Assembly (NCBI GenBank): GCA_951406725.2
Contig: OX597822.1
Location: 50,654,001-50,718,000, forward strand
Reading direction: 5' to 3'
Length of the DNA: 64,000 nucleotides
From: Octopus vulgaris
Lineage: Eukaryota
Numbering within the stretch: position 1 is the first letter of the stretch; every line of letters starts with the position of its first letter. Of this stretch, positions 23,079 through 35,390 are shown in pieces. The notes under the pieces are model-generated. The model did no database searches, had not been told where the DNA came from, and was given only the letters and a program-made list of their open reading frames with translations. The position numbers and the translations under genes are program-made.

Positions 23079-24959
23079 AGCGTTTATGCAAAAAATATAA
23101 AACAAACCTACATTCAGTTGAGTAGATTTCAGTTCGAAGCAGTCTGATATAACAATTTCAGAAAAGTGTCAGTAGAAGAAGGGTGTATTTTCTTTGAGGT
23201 GTATATACTACAATTTATTTAGATGTCATCACTCTTTTCTAACTAAATAATGTATTTATGAACACTCTATGTATTTTAATTCTTTAAACAATCGAACTTG
23301 CAACGTTATACTATTTATAAGGATTATGGTCACCAGAGGTTTGGTTAAGAATTAAATCCTACTGATTTTTAACTGCCTTCCTTTGATGAATCAAGAACCA
23401 ACAATATCCTAGTTTCTACGGATTCTTACACTTGCAAATTTAGATTTGTAAAAATGCAAAATAAATCAATGCATGTCTCTTATTACTAAAACAGGTACAG
23501 AAGTAGCATTACAATGGAAATTAACTTCTTTTTCAATTTGAAGATGAAAATTAATCTTGTCGTATTTATTCTTGCTTTGTAGTAATCTGTTCATATCACT
23601 GTACATTCAATGTAATTCCATGCAGTTCTTCAACTACTGTTCTGCAGTGTTATCACGTTCGCATAGCAGCCTTCGACGATATCTCGTCGCCATAAAATCA
23701 GATTAGTAATGATTATTATGGCAAGCCATCATTCCAATCCAAGTTAATTGCATGATTGTGTTCATGAGAGCGAAACTTTTTCGAAAATGAACATCTTATT
23801 AGCAGCCATGAAGTATGCTTTTGGAGAATTTATTTATTAGTTTATTTTCTTGTTTCTCAGCTAGCTTCTTGTGTGATGTGATTTTCTGTGTGTGATGTCT
23901 GACTTTAATATATTTCTACATGGTTACAAAGTAATTTGTAGGAGGAACGGGGAGACAGTCACTTTCTAGAGTCACAAAAACGTAAGTAGAATGAATATAA
24001 AGTTTCGAATGAAAAATTAGATTTGGATTATAAACTATGACAAAAAGGAGATGGATTCTGGGTGATGGAATTCCCTGGACTATTTTTTTTCTAATCGGTG
24101 GTGGTGTTTACTTTGACGGTAATTACATGTATAGAATTAGAGGTGAAACGGAGTAGGTTGATACTAAAAAGACAGATCATAATGATTTTATGTCGTTTTT
24201 CAAAGTCGGTTGTTAATAAATGTATCCGTAGTATTTCATGTGATGATTTTTGTACGATTGTTGACATTGAGCAATATTTTAGTGGAACAAGCACATTGTT
24301 TCCAAAGCATGTGACGCACATATGAGAATGATTGCAACCTCAGCTACAATCGGATCAAATTGAGGGAAAACCTCTAGAAAAACAAGTACTTATCAGCTGA
24401 CTACTTTTCAAGCTTTCTCAACTTCAACAACAACAATTATGCTGACCAATAATAATTGGCAAATTAGATACAACGATACAACATGATGATGAAATACTTG
24501 CAATGAAATAGTTTCAAACGGGTAGGGGGAAGATGACGAGAGATCAGAAATTACTTAATCCCACTCCCCCACTTCCCATTCGTTTGTTTGCTAATGTCGT
24601 TATGTAAATACAAGGATTATATCAATGGAAACGGGAAAACATAGCATATAAAATTATTCCTTTTGTTACTCTCTGGAAGGGATGCGATCCCGGTTCAAGT
24701 TAAACACTACAGGGACGGACGTGCTGTTGTCCGAAATTCTTGTTCAACATGAGCGCAGAGTGCCGAAACCGTTCTGCAAGCACTCGTTTAGTGTCCGGGC
24801 ATTGCTGACTTTTGTAGTTATTTCGAATAGCTGCTGTAGTATGAGGGATATATCCGCCTATCAGCTGAGTTTATAGCGTTGTTCGCACAGCCTCCCTCCT
24901 TCATTCGGACAGGCAAAGCAGTTTTCTTTTACGAGGAGGTTGTTTCCATTAATTCCTTA

Positions 24960-25350
24960 TATCAGTACAAAACTATTTCATTCGCAGAAATTGAGATTTT
25001 GGATGTGACCAAATTATATGATGTGCATGATTGAAACAGTGTTGGGGTGATGTGAGCTTGCATAATAACATTCATTAATCTGGCGCCAGAAAATTTAAAT
25101 GTTTCGACCAAAACTTGAACACTTGTTTTGAAAAAACTAGGCCTTATCAAAATGGTGGATAAGTGAGGAATTATTGTAGTTATGCAAAAGAGTGAATATA
25201 TTTCGGCTTCTGAAAATGTGACAAAATTTCATATGAAGAATTACCTTTCGATCTAAGCCCCAATTACAGAATGGAACTTGACAAAATAATTCAGGAAATG
25301 GAAGAAAACATTTTCATTAATAAGGCTGAATTTGCCGAACATTTTACATG
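24960..25350 (+). mobile_element. Penelope-like RT N-terminal fragment
   Basis: IKMVDK*GIIVVMQKSEY and YEELPFDLSPNYRMELDKIIQEM match the PLE IKPADKG..VVM..Y and Y..L..DP motifs. Confidence 0.6.
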
Positions 25351-26369
25351 AGACGGTTGCAATTTTGAAAAAGACTTGGAAGCGCATAATCTCAGAAAAT
25401 ATTCGGCATCTACTACAATTTCACTCCGCAAAATGAATAAGGATAAATATGTTTGTGAGTTATTTACTTCAGGCCCTGAAAGAATTACAAAAATGACAGG
25501 GGTGTTTCATCACATTTATACAAGATATATATGTACATATATATAGACATGCACATGTATATAGGTACATATGTATGTGTATTAATATCTATTCTACGTG
25601 TATATCAATGGATATGTTTTTGTATGTATGTAGGTATAGGTTTGTACTTATGTGTGTGAACTAAAGTTTGCCACTGTGTGGTTTGTATGTATATTAATGT
25701 GTGAGAGAATATACAGTTGTATGCATGTAGTCGTGTAATTTTTAATATGTTAATGCTTATATTTACATGCTTTTATGTAGTTGTGAATATTGTGAGCATT
25801 TGTAATTATTTTGAGGTCTTTTTATCATTCAATCCTATTTGAAAATGATTGTTGTTCAATAGTATATCTTGGTTTAATCATCATATCATCAGTTGTCTGT
25901 TCCCTTTTGAATTCATTTATATAAAATTGTTTTATTGGTACTTCCATATACTAATTATGATATTTTAATCACTATAACTGCTTTACCGGTTCACTTATCT
26001 CTCCAATTTCTTTTTTTTTACAATTAATAATGGTAATGTGCCTGAACTTAGACCCAGGATGTTATTTGATCCGGAACAATAGATTTTTAATGACCATACC
26101 AAGCTAATTTTATCTTCCATACATTCTATATATAAAGAGAAAATTGTGTAAGTGTTGTTAGATGTGAAGCACTGTCGTAAACATGATGTACAGGTAATCT
26201 GATTAGCTAGCTTTTTTATCTGCCTTAATTAGCTTATATAAAATTTCATTCTATAATGCAAAGCATCCACTTTAATGAAGATATGTAAACATAATTTATT
26301 GTTCACCTGATTAATTATTACATGATGGAAGCTGAAATAAGGCCGCTGAAAATGGCCAGCGTACATCCT

Positions 26370-28243
26370 TTGCAGCCTTTTTACCCGGTTTGCAACGTCG
26401 TTGTACATGCTTGACCAATATACGAAACTGTGCTGTAGCGCTCTCATTCTAGAGATGCCTGACTGTCCTACTTGGAACTCATTTAGCATTCACCTCTGTA
26501 ACGTCTATGGTATGACCACCTTCTGAGAGTATATTAGTACACCATCACATATAAAGTACACGCGGTTCTTTGCATCAGGCCTTTCTTTATTTCCTTTAGT
26601 CGATCACAGTTTTCTTTTTGTCTCATAAATAAATTTGTCATTTTTCGCATTTCTTTTATATCTTCCAAAGTTTCCTTTACGTTATTACCCAAACATCTTA
26701 TGGGTGTATCCACTAGATTAAATATCTCCATACATTCGGTGCCAAATAAATTCATGGATTATTTCAACACATAAGCATTAACTTTTTTGGCTTGACCGTT
26801 GAGCATTATATTACAAAAGCGTTCTCCTGTGAAATATAATTTTCTTCCCGTTACACCACATGCTATATTGTTTGGTTTACATAATTCTGCTTTTCCCATT
26901 TATTCCCACGTTTTCTCATTTATGATTGTGATCTCAATTCCCGTGTTTAATTGCATTGTGGTTTCAATTCTCACAATCAGGAATTTTCTGATTATTGTAG
27001 TCGATTTATTTTGTTTGTTCCATTTTCGTATCATTCCAGTCTTGCAGTGCGATTTTATACATCCTGTAAACGTGCAGCGCAAACACTTTGGGTTTTTATA
27101 CGGATAATCTTTTTCCAGGTGCATCCTACCACATGTCATACATGGGTCTACATGCCGATATTTTTTCTATTTCTTCCTGCACCGCTTCCGACCTTTTGTA
27201 CTGGCCTTATGTGAAAACAGTCTTTCAGTTGAATTTCTTTCGTGCCATACCTTAATTTTAATATCATATCATACTCTTTCGACTGTTTCTGCAATGTCAA
27301 ATCCTGGTTTATTCCCAGCTTTGCTAGAATTTTCGCTCGTATTTCTGCATCCCGTTTATCTGGCAAACGTTGTGCAGAAATCAAACACTTGAAGGGCAAT
27401 GGACTAAGAATATCCAGCCTACATCTCTCATATTCTGTTTCATTGAAATTTATGTTCCACGTTTTTGTTTGGCAATATGAAGCTACTATACTTCTCATGC
27501 TCTGCTGTCGCTAGTTTTAATTAAACTAGGCGCGTTTTCATTTTTCCGTCCAATCCTGACATTCTTATACAAAGATTTTTTTCAAATCTTCGAATGTAAG
27601 CCTTCCTCGGGGTCATATTTGAATTCGCATATGGAATTTGCTACATGGTCAGGTGAATATAAATTCTCCGATTTGGTTATCAACTTCATTCGTTGTCACA
27701 TCTGCAGGTGCAATCTTTCTACTCGTTGTTCCTTGAGTGATTGTTGTTTGCTGTTTTTGCACCTCAACAACGCAAGCGAACACGTCTTCCATATTTTATG
27801 GATTTCGTAAGCGTGCACAAGATTTTTGTTACTGTTTTTTATAGAGGTATTTAATTTTCGACGTAAATTAGTTAAAATTCTCTGTGTGAATTTTTCTTTT
27901 TTCTAACACCGCGTAAATTTGTCTTTCCTCATCGCTACTGTTGTAAAGTGGATTCATCCCACTGGTGTGGTGCGACAGTGCCTATGTACTGTAGTTGCTG
28001 TTTTACGCTACTAGCCACAATAATTACCAGTCATCGGATACCGTTGCATCTCTTCGTACCGGAATAGTAATACACTAATTTCTGTCATAGCATCGCTGAT
28101 AGTTCCACAAGACACTGACTAGAACTGTCTACTCTCAACTCTGCAACTTTCGATGCTCTGCTGACAACTGGCTACTGGTCTGTTTATAATGGATGATTCC
28201 TACCACTTTTACCAGGCTGGGTTTACAGCTTCACTAAACAACA
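26370..28243 (-). mobile_element. Gypsy (Mag-like) LTR retrotransposon remnant, RT/RNase H deleted
   Basis: Gag FKCLI..AEIRAKILAKL..LTLQ with paired Zn knuckles; protease QLNTGIEITIINEKTW; integrase Zn region GQSGISRMRAL.HSFVYW. Confidence 0.85.
27939..28243 (-). repeat. 5' LTR (~305 bp) with adjacent tRNA-Ser-like PBS at 27926-27937
   Basis: TGTTGT...ACAACA termini. Minus strand CA-G-TAGCGATGAGGA approximates TGGCGACGAGGA. No 3' LTR found. Confidence 0.7.
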
Positions 28244-28314
28244 CTATACATACACACACACACAAACACATACATATATACACGAACACACACGCACACA
28301 TATATGTATGTATG

Positions 28315-28670
28315 CATCTGTTTATTTGCTTCAGTCATTAGACTGCGGCCAGAAGAATATTTATTCGAATGATTCAACACCATTAATTATTTTTTTAAAT
28401 CTAGTATTTATTCTATTTGTTCTATTGCCGAATTGCTAAATTTGGGGTACGCTTGGTCCCCGAAACAGGTTGTCAAGCGGTATTGGGGGACAAAAACAAA
28501 GACAATGAAATACACCTACACGCACAAACACACACAGACATATACGACAGGATTACTCGTGAGTATCGGTTGGCCGGAGGCTCTAGTAGAAGACAGTCGC
28601 TCAGGGTGCCAAGTAGCTGGACATAACCTGGAATCATGAGATTTCAAAGCGAACATCTTACCACAGCCAA
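28315..28670 (-). mobile_element. SINE type A, degenerate
   Basis: TCAGTCATTAGACTGCGGCC...GGTTGTCAAGCG...GGCTCTAGTAGAAGAC. Confidence 0.75.
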
Positions 28671-29022
28671 GTTTAAATATCTATAATTGAATAAATGACA
28701 ATAGAACAAGGAGTTCTGAAATGAACTTCGTATGAATTACATATTTGTACTTTTTGAAACATACTGTATTCTATATATAACAGTGTTACCAAGCAAAATT
28801 CCCATTCATTGTTTAATCCCCGACAGAGCTTTCATGTTTGAGTATATTGTTTCTTATAGCATGAACAGCAGGAAGTTAATAAAGTTCGTTACATAATGTC
28901 TTGTTCCTGTGTCATTTGATAAAATCTTATTCAGTTCTATATTTAAGTAACACTTCTTGTATATTGTGTTCTAATACCGGGTTATTAGTATGGCTATGTC
29001 TAAGCGAAACATTAACACCCCA

Positions 29023-29069
<47 letters not shown>

Positions 29070-29070
<1 letters not shown>

Positions 29071-29454
29071 GGAAGCACTCCGTCGGTTACGACGACGAGG
29101 GTTCCGGTTGATCCGAATCAACGGAACAGCCTGCTCGTGAAATTAACGTGTAAGTGGCTGAGCACTCCACAGACACGTGCACCCTTAACGTAGTTCTCGG
29201 GGATATTCAGCGTGACACAGAGAGTGACAAGGCCGGCCCCTTGAAATACAGGTACAACAGAAACAGGAAGTAAGAGTGAGAGAAAGTTGTGGTAAAAGAG
29301 TACAGCAGGGATCACCACCATCCCCTGCCGGAGCCTCGTGGAGCTTTTTGGTGTTTTCGCTCAATAAACACTCACAACGCCCGGTCTGGGAATCGAAACC
29401 GCGATCGTATGACCGCGAGTCCGCTGCCCTAACCACTGGGCCTTGCGCCTCCAC
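29070..29454 (-). mobile_element. Young tRNA-derived SINE type D
   Basis: Near-identical reverse complement of 35003-35390. Confidence 0.95.
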
Positions 29455-29596
<142 letters not shown>

Positions 29597-29641
29597 ATAT
29601 TTCGGAATGGTCATATTGCCAGTTTAGCCAAATATTTAAAC

Positions 29642-29683
<42 letters not shown>

Positions 29684-29791
29684 TTGTGTGTATTTGTGTG
29701 TATACAAATGTATGAATGATGAGCTTAAAACATGCTACGGTATTTCAATTTTTTCACAATTATTTCAGACATAAAATTTCAACTAATTATA

Positions 29792-30952
29792 CAGGTTGTA
29801 TCAGTTTTTTGAGATCATTTGTACGAATTTAAGTGGAAGATGCATAGCTCATGAAAGAAAAATCGTATTTGAAAGCAAATTTGTCCAAATAATCTTGAGA
29901 TTCCTTTTATCCCAACTATTTAATTAATTCACATTTAGCATCAATGGCTTCTTTAATACAGTCTCGTAAGTTCTGACATTTATCAACTTTAGACACATTG
30001 CTGATTATGGTGGACTCGACAGATTGAATGACATTATGGAGTGTTGATTGGTCATGCTGTCGACTACACACCCTATGTAAGAGTCCAGTGGACTGATGAC
30101 TGCTGAGCTAGGAGGCCATTTGTCTGGGTGTACATGCTCACGGAAATTGGCACGCATCCACGCTTTGGTTCTCCTATCATTATTAGATGACGGAGGGTCA
30201 TGTTGGAAGACGTATTTTGCTGTCATAAACTTTGAACATCCAATGATTTGGAGTTTTTTTCCAACATCTCGGTGTAGACAGTACCATTGACTCTTAATCC
30301 CTGTGAAAAAAGTGAGCATGAGTATTTCCCTCGTTGCTGATAACTACCACAATAATCACAGTTGCTGGGAAAGTATTATCCATTCGGAGCTCTTCATAAC
30401 AATCTTGAGATTTACCTTTTTATCTTAATAGAAGTTTCTTTTCTTATCAGAGAAAAGCTAAAGATGTCCTGCCTCTTGGTGATTTAAAAAGCTAATCAAG
30501 CTCTTTGCACGAGTCGAACGATTCACTTTGTCACATCCAACATAAACTCACGTCTTTGCATCACACAAGATTTACACCACATATCCTCTTTTATAACTCT
30601 TCTGATTGTGTATTCCAATATCTTAAGGTCCTTTGCTATGGCTCTGAACATTTTGAACAAATTTGCGTGTTCAGATAAAATTAAGATCATGTGCATGCGA
30701 TTTGCACTCAGCTACCGATGTTGAATTCGCATCAGCGGATCCAACACTTATCGACACTTGACAACTAAGCATAAGGAAACTTTCAGATTATCTTTGTATC
30801 ACTAAGCTGCAACTTTAATCAGAGATAATGTGTGTCTTTACATTTGCAGACACAACTTGATGTCTGACATTATTTGTCTAAAAAGTAATACAAAAAAACT
30901 AGAAAATAGGTAAAGCTTTGGTGCGGTATACTCAAGCAACTGACTCAACCTG
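29792..30952 (-). mobile_element. DD37D (maT-like) Tc1/mariner transposon, decayed
   Basis: TIRs CAGGTTGTATCAGTT / AACTGACTCAACCTG with TA TSD. FSDK, FPATV..VISNEG, YVFQHD-(37 aa)-D in WPPSSAVISPLD. Confidence 0.85.
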
Positions 30953-31147
30953 TATTATAAAATATTTCTGTTGAGGAGATTTTGTGAGTGACTGTCGCTG
31001 CTCAGTTTATGAAATATCACGCCCTTTTTCAAAGATAGTAAACCATTTGGGATAGTAAAGATTGATATGTCTGTTCAGAATATTTCCTAGTTGTTGCATA
31101 GCTTTTAGAGTTTTTGATCAATATTTTCGATTAATCGTTCTTACTTG

Positions 31148-31209
<62 letters not shown>

Positions 31210-31308
31210 ATGTGTGTGTGTGTGTGTAGATGAATAAATCATTCTATATCAAGTGCAAAAAGCCACACTACCAACGACAAATATTATATTTTATTACATA
31301 TATATATG

Positions 31309-31365
<57 letters not shown>

Positions 31366-31367
<2 letters not shown>

Positions 31368-34300
31368 TTTGTGCATGGCACAAAAGATTGTACAGCAGCT
31401 AACCTGGTTCCATCAAATTCAAGCTCGCAGATGGGACTATCCACAGTTCACAAGACCACCGCAACAAATAGACCCAAGGTGGACACCAGCGGCAACAGCA
31501 TACACCTCACTTCGATGCTCCTACTGAACATCAGATGGACTACTAACACACAGTAACAGGACAAAAATCCCGTTCTTGAGAGACTTTGTTGCATGCAATC
31601 AAGACTTATGCATAGCACTTACGGAGACACACCGGAAACCGGACATAGCGGATGCGGAATTACATATACCACAGTATGTTGTACTACGGACCGACAGAAA
31701 AGAAAGGAGTCATGGAGGAGTTGCCATGAGGACCTCACACCCCAGGTCCTTTTGTCATACTCAAACTCGGTGTGTGACACACTAATTGTACATGTAAGGC
31801 AACTTGGTGTAGTTGTGTGTGCTACATATCGCCCTCCAGATGCCCCAAGCCATATGGGCAAGTTTGAAGACTGCCTTATAAAAATAGCAGTTCTAGTCAC
31901 ACTAGAACAACACATAAGTGTACTTCTCATGGGAGACTTCAATCTACCCAATGTCAGATGGCTCGAGGGCTTTTCTCTCCCGGGAATGACACGATGTGAA
32001 CGAGGACAGGCGAGGTCCCTCCTGAACCTCATCAACACCCTGTACATGGAGCAAGTAATACTCAAACCAACCAGGGCAGGTAACACACTGGATTTCTGCT
32101 TCACAAATAATATGGATCTCATCCATAATGTGAAAGTGACACCGACACTACTCTCGGATCACAGCATGGTAGAGCTGACCATGTACGGGCCAAAGGAAAG
32201 CATGGACATGCAGCCTACAAGAAACTCTCAGAAACTTTCCAGCTTGAACTTCAATATGGCAAACTGGAAACAAATTGAGAAAGAGATCCTCAAACAAAAC
32301 CGGCCTGAATGTCTCTCCTCACCAGACATCGACATGAACCTTCAACAATGCATGTCTGTAATGCAAGCCATATGCTACAAATGTGTCCCAGAGAGAAAGG
32401 CCACTGTACACAAGAACAAAATCCCCAGAGAGAGGAAAATTCTAATGAGACGGCGTACAAAAAACTCAAATCGCCTAAACAAACAAATTGAAAGCAGTGA
32501 TAAGTCCCGCCTGAAAATGAAACTGTTGGAAATTGAAAAATGTCTGCAACTCTCCCATGAAAAGGAAAGAGCAGACAAAGAAGCCTGGGCTATAGACAAC
32601 ATAAAATCTAACCCCAGAGCTTTCTACAGGTATGCCAAAGAAACAGCTACGGTGCACTGTAGGATAGGGCCACTCATTGAAAGGGATGGCACACTCACAG
32701 GAAATCCAATGTGGGTAAGTAAAATACTAAATGAGCAATTCAAGAGTGTTTTCACCCCACCCCTTGGGCATTTCCAAATCACCAATCCAACTGACTTCTT
32801 CACCACTGCAGATATGGGATCAGAGGCGGCGATGATTGATTACATCAATATAAAGGAAGACGGTGTAATATAGATGAGATGAAAACAAACTCAGCTACTG
32901 GCCCCGATGGATTCCCGGCAATCCTTTAAAAAGTATGTAAGAGAGTCCTAGCAAGACCACTGCAGTCTCTCTTTCAGAGATTCCTTGCAACTGGCAAACT
33001 TCCAAGAAACCTGAAGGAAGGTAAAGTATCCCCTATTCATAAAGGAGGTAGCAGAGCGGAGGCCAAGAACTACAGACCTATCTCTCTGACCTCACACATC
33101 AGCAAGGTCATGGAACGAATAGTCAGAAGGAAACTAATCACCTTCCTTGAAGAAAATGACTTGCTGCCTGACACCCAACATGGTTTCCGACCAGGAAGAA
33201 GCTGTTAACTCAGCTCCTACAACACTATGACTGGGTGCTGAAACGACTGCTCAACCACTCAAATGTGGAAGTGATATATCTCGACTTTTCAAAGGCCTTT
33301 GATAAAGTCGATCATGGAATGATATTTCACAAACTGCGTGATCTTGGCATAGTTGAAAGATTGGGAGAATGGCTTCATGACACGCAAATAGTGAGCGGTG
33401 TTCCACAGGGCACTGTTTTGGGACCACTACTGTTCATAATGGCCCTCTCAGACATGCCCTCAGCCACGCAGAGAGCCACGATCACAAGTTATGCAGATGA
33501 TACAAACGTTTCACAGGCAATACAGAACCCTGAAGACACGAATCACCTGCAATGTGAGCTGGACAAAATATACAAGTGGGCTGAAAAGAATAGCATGCAG
33601 TTCAATGCTGAAAAGTTTCAAGCTTTATGCTATCAGCTTGCAAAACTGAATGCAATACCCAATGAATACACTGGACCCGGAGGGATTGCAATCCCAGAGG
33701 CACAATCAGTGCGGGACCTGGGTATTCACATGAGTGATGACGCAACCTTTCATGTACATGTTGCTAAACTGGCAATGAAATGTAGACGGCTGGCCGGATG
33801 GATTCTTAGAACCTTTAGAACAAGAGAACAAGAAACCATGATGGTCCTCTGGAAGACACTTGTCCTAATCCACTTTGACTATGGCTCTCAGTTATTGTCA
33901 CCATCCAGTATCAAGTTGATCACAGAACTTGAGGCGATCCAACGAAGCTACAAGAAGAAGATAGCCTCTGTGCATCATATAAGCTACTGGGGAAAGACTC
34001 AAGAGATCAAAACTCTATTCCTTGGAGCGTAGGCGAGAAAGATATGCCATAATATATATCTGGAAGATCCTGGAAGGACTTGTCCCAAACTTTCGCATCG
34101 AGAGTCGCACAAATGCCAGAACCGGGCGCCACTGCGTGGTACCAAGGACTCCAAATTTGCCATCAAGATGTAGGACAAGATACTGTGATAGCGCGGGCTT
34201 CAGAGGCCCACAGCTCTTCAATATCCTCCCGAAGAACCTGAGGGACCTGCATGGTGTAGATGCGGATGTCTTTAAAGTAGGAGTGGATCTCTTCCTGTCA

Positions 34301-34497
34301 GGTGTCCTGGATGAGCCAACTTCACGGCAGGAGGTGCAGATGAGGGCAGCTGCATCGAACTCTCTCATGCACCAAATGGCAGTGGCTAAAAAGCATTCGT
34401 GAGGTAAAATCACGTAGCAAACCAAATGGCGGTGTCCTAGCATGGCCACAGCTCATGAGCTGAAACTGGAAAAATCAAATCAAATCAAATCAAAATC
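31366..34497 (+). mobile_element. CR1/L2-group LINE, 5'-truncated; ORF2 (APE + RT) ~31515-34402 disrupted
   Basis: ALTETH, YRPP, GDFNLP, SDH (APE); YLDFSKAFDKV, GVPQGTVLGP, YADD (RT); SLERRRERY; (AAATC)n tail; (TA)n on both sides. Confidence 0.95.
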
Positions 34498-34522
34498 ATA
34501 TATATATATATATCTGTGTGTA

Positions 34523-34569
<47 letters not shown>

Positions 34570-34620
34570 GTTTAAATATTTGTTGTGCAAGATTTTTTAT
34601 GTGAAGTCGTGTGTATGTGT

Positions 34621-34892
34621 GGGAAAGACTCAAGAGATCAAAACTCTATTCCTTGGAGCGTAGGTGAGAAAGATATGCCATAATATATATCTGGAAGATC
34701 CTGGAAGGACTTGTCCCAAACTTTGGCATCGAGAGTCACACAAATGCCAGAACCGGGCGCCACTGCGCGGTACCAATGACTCCAAACTTGCCATCAAGAT
34801 GTAGGACAAGATACTTAGATAGCCTGGGCTTCAGAGGCCCACAGCTCTTCAATACCTCCCGAAGAACCTGTGGGACCTGCATGGTGTAGATG
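34621..34892 (+). repeat. Copy of LINE segment 33990-34262
   Basis: Colinear with roughly a dozen differences, no tail, flanked by GTGTGTATGTG direct repeats. Confidence 0.9.
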
Positions 34893-35002
34893 TGTGTGTA
34901 TGTGGGCATGTGCTTTTCAAGTGACTCCTTTAATTGATTAATGAAAACATTATATTATTACACAGAAACCTTTTCCGTCAGATGACTGCATAGTCTCCAA
35001 AC

Positions 35003-35390
35003 GTGGAGGCGCAATGGCCCAGTGGCTAGGGCAGCGGACTCGCGGTCATACGATCGCGGTTTCGATTCCCAGACCGGGCGTTGTGAGTGTTTATTGAGCG
35101 AAAACACCTAAAGCTCCACGAGGCTCCGGCAGGGGATGGTGGTGATCCCTGCTGTACTCTTTCACCACAACTTTCTCTCACTCTTACTTCCTGTTTCTGT
35201 TGTACCTGTATTTCAAGGGGCCCGCCTTGTCACTCTCTGTGTCACGCTGAATATCCCCGAGAACTACGTTAAGGGTACACGTGTCTGTGGAGTGCTCAGC
35301 CACTTACATGTTAATTTCACGAGCAGGCTGTTCCGTTGATTCGGATCAACCGGAACCCTCGTCGTCGTAACCGACGGAGTGCTTCCATCC
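35003..35390 (+). mobile_element. Young tRNA-derived SINE type D with 11-bp TSD
   Basis: A box TGGCCCAGTGG, B box GGTTTCGATTCCC. TSD AGTCTCCAAAC at 34992-35002 and 35391-35401. Confidence 0.95.

Noticed and set aside
35003-35080. tRNA gene
   Set aside because: It is a SINE head: no acceptor stem, continues into a repeat body, and has a TSD.
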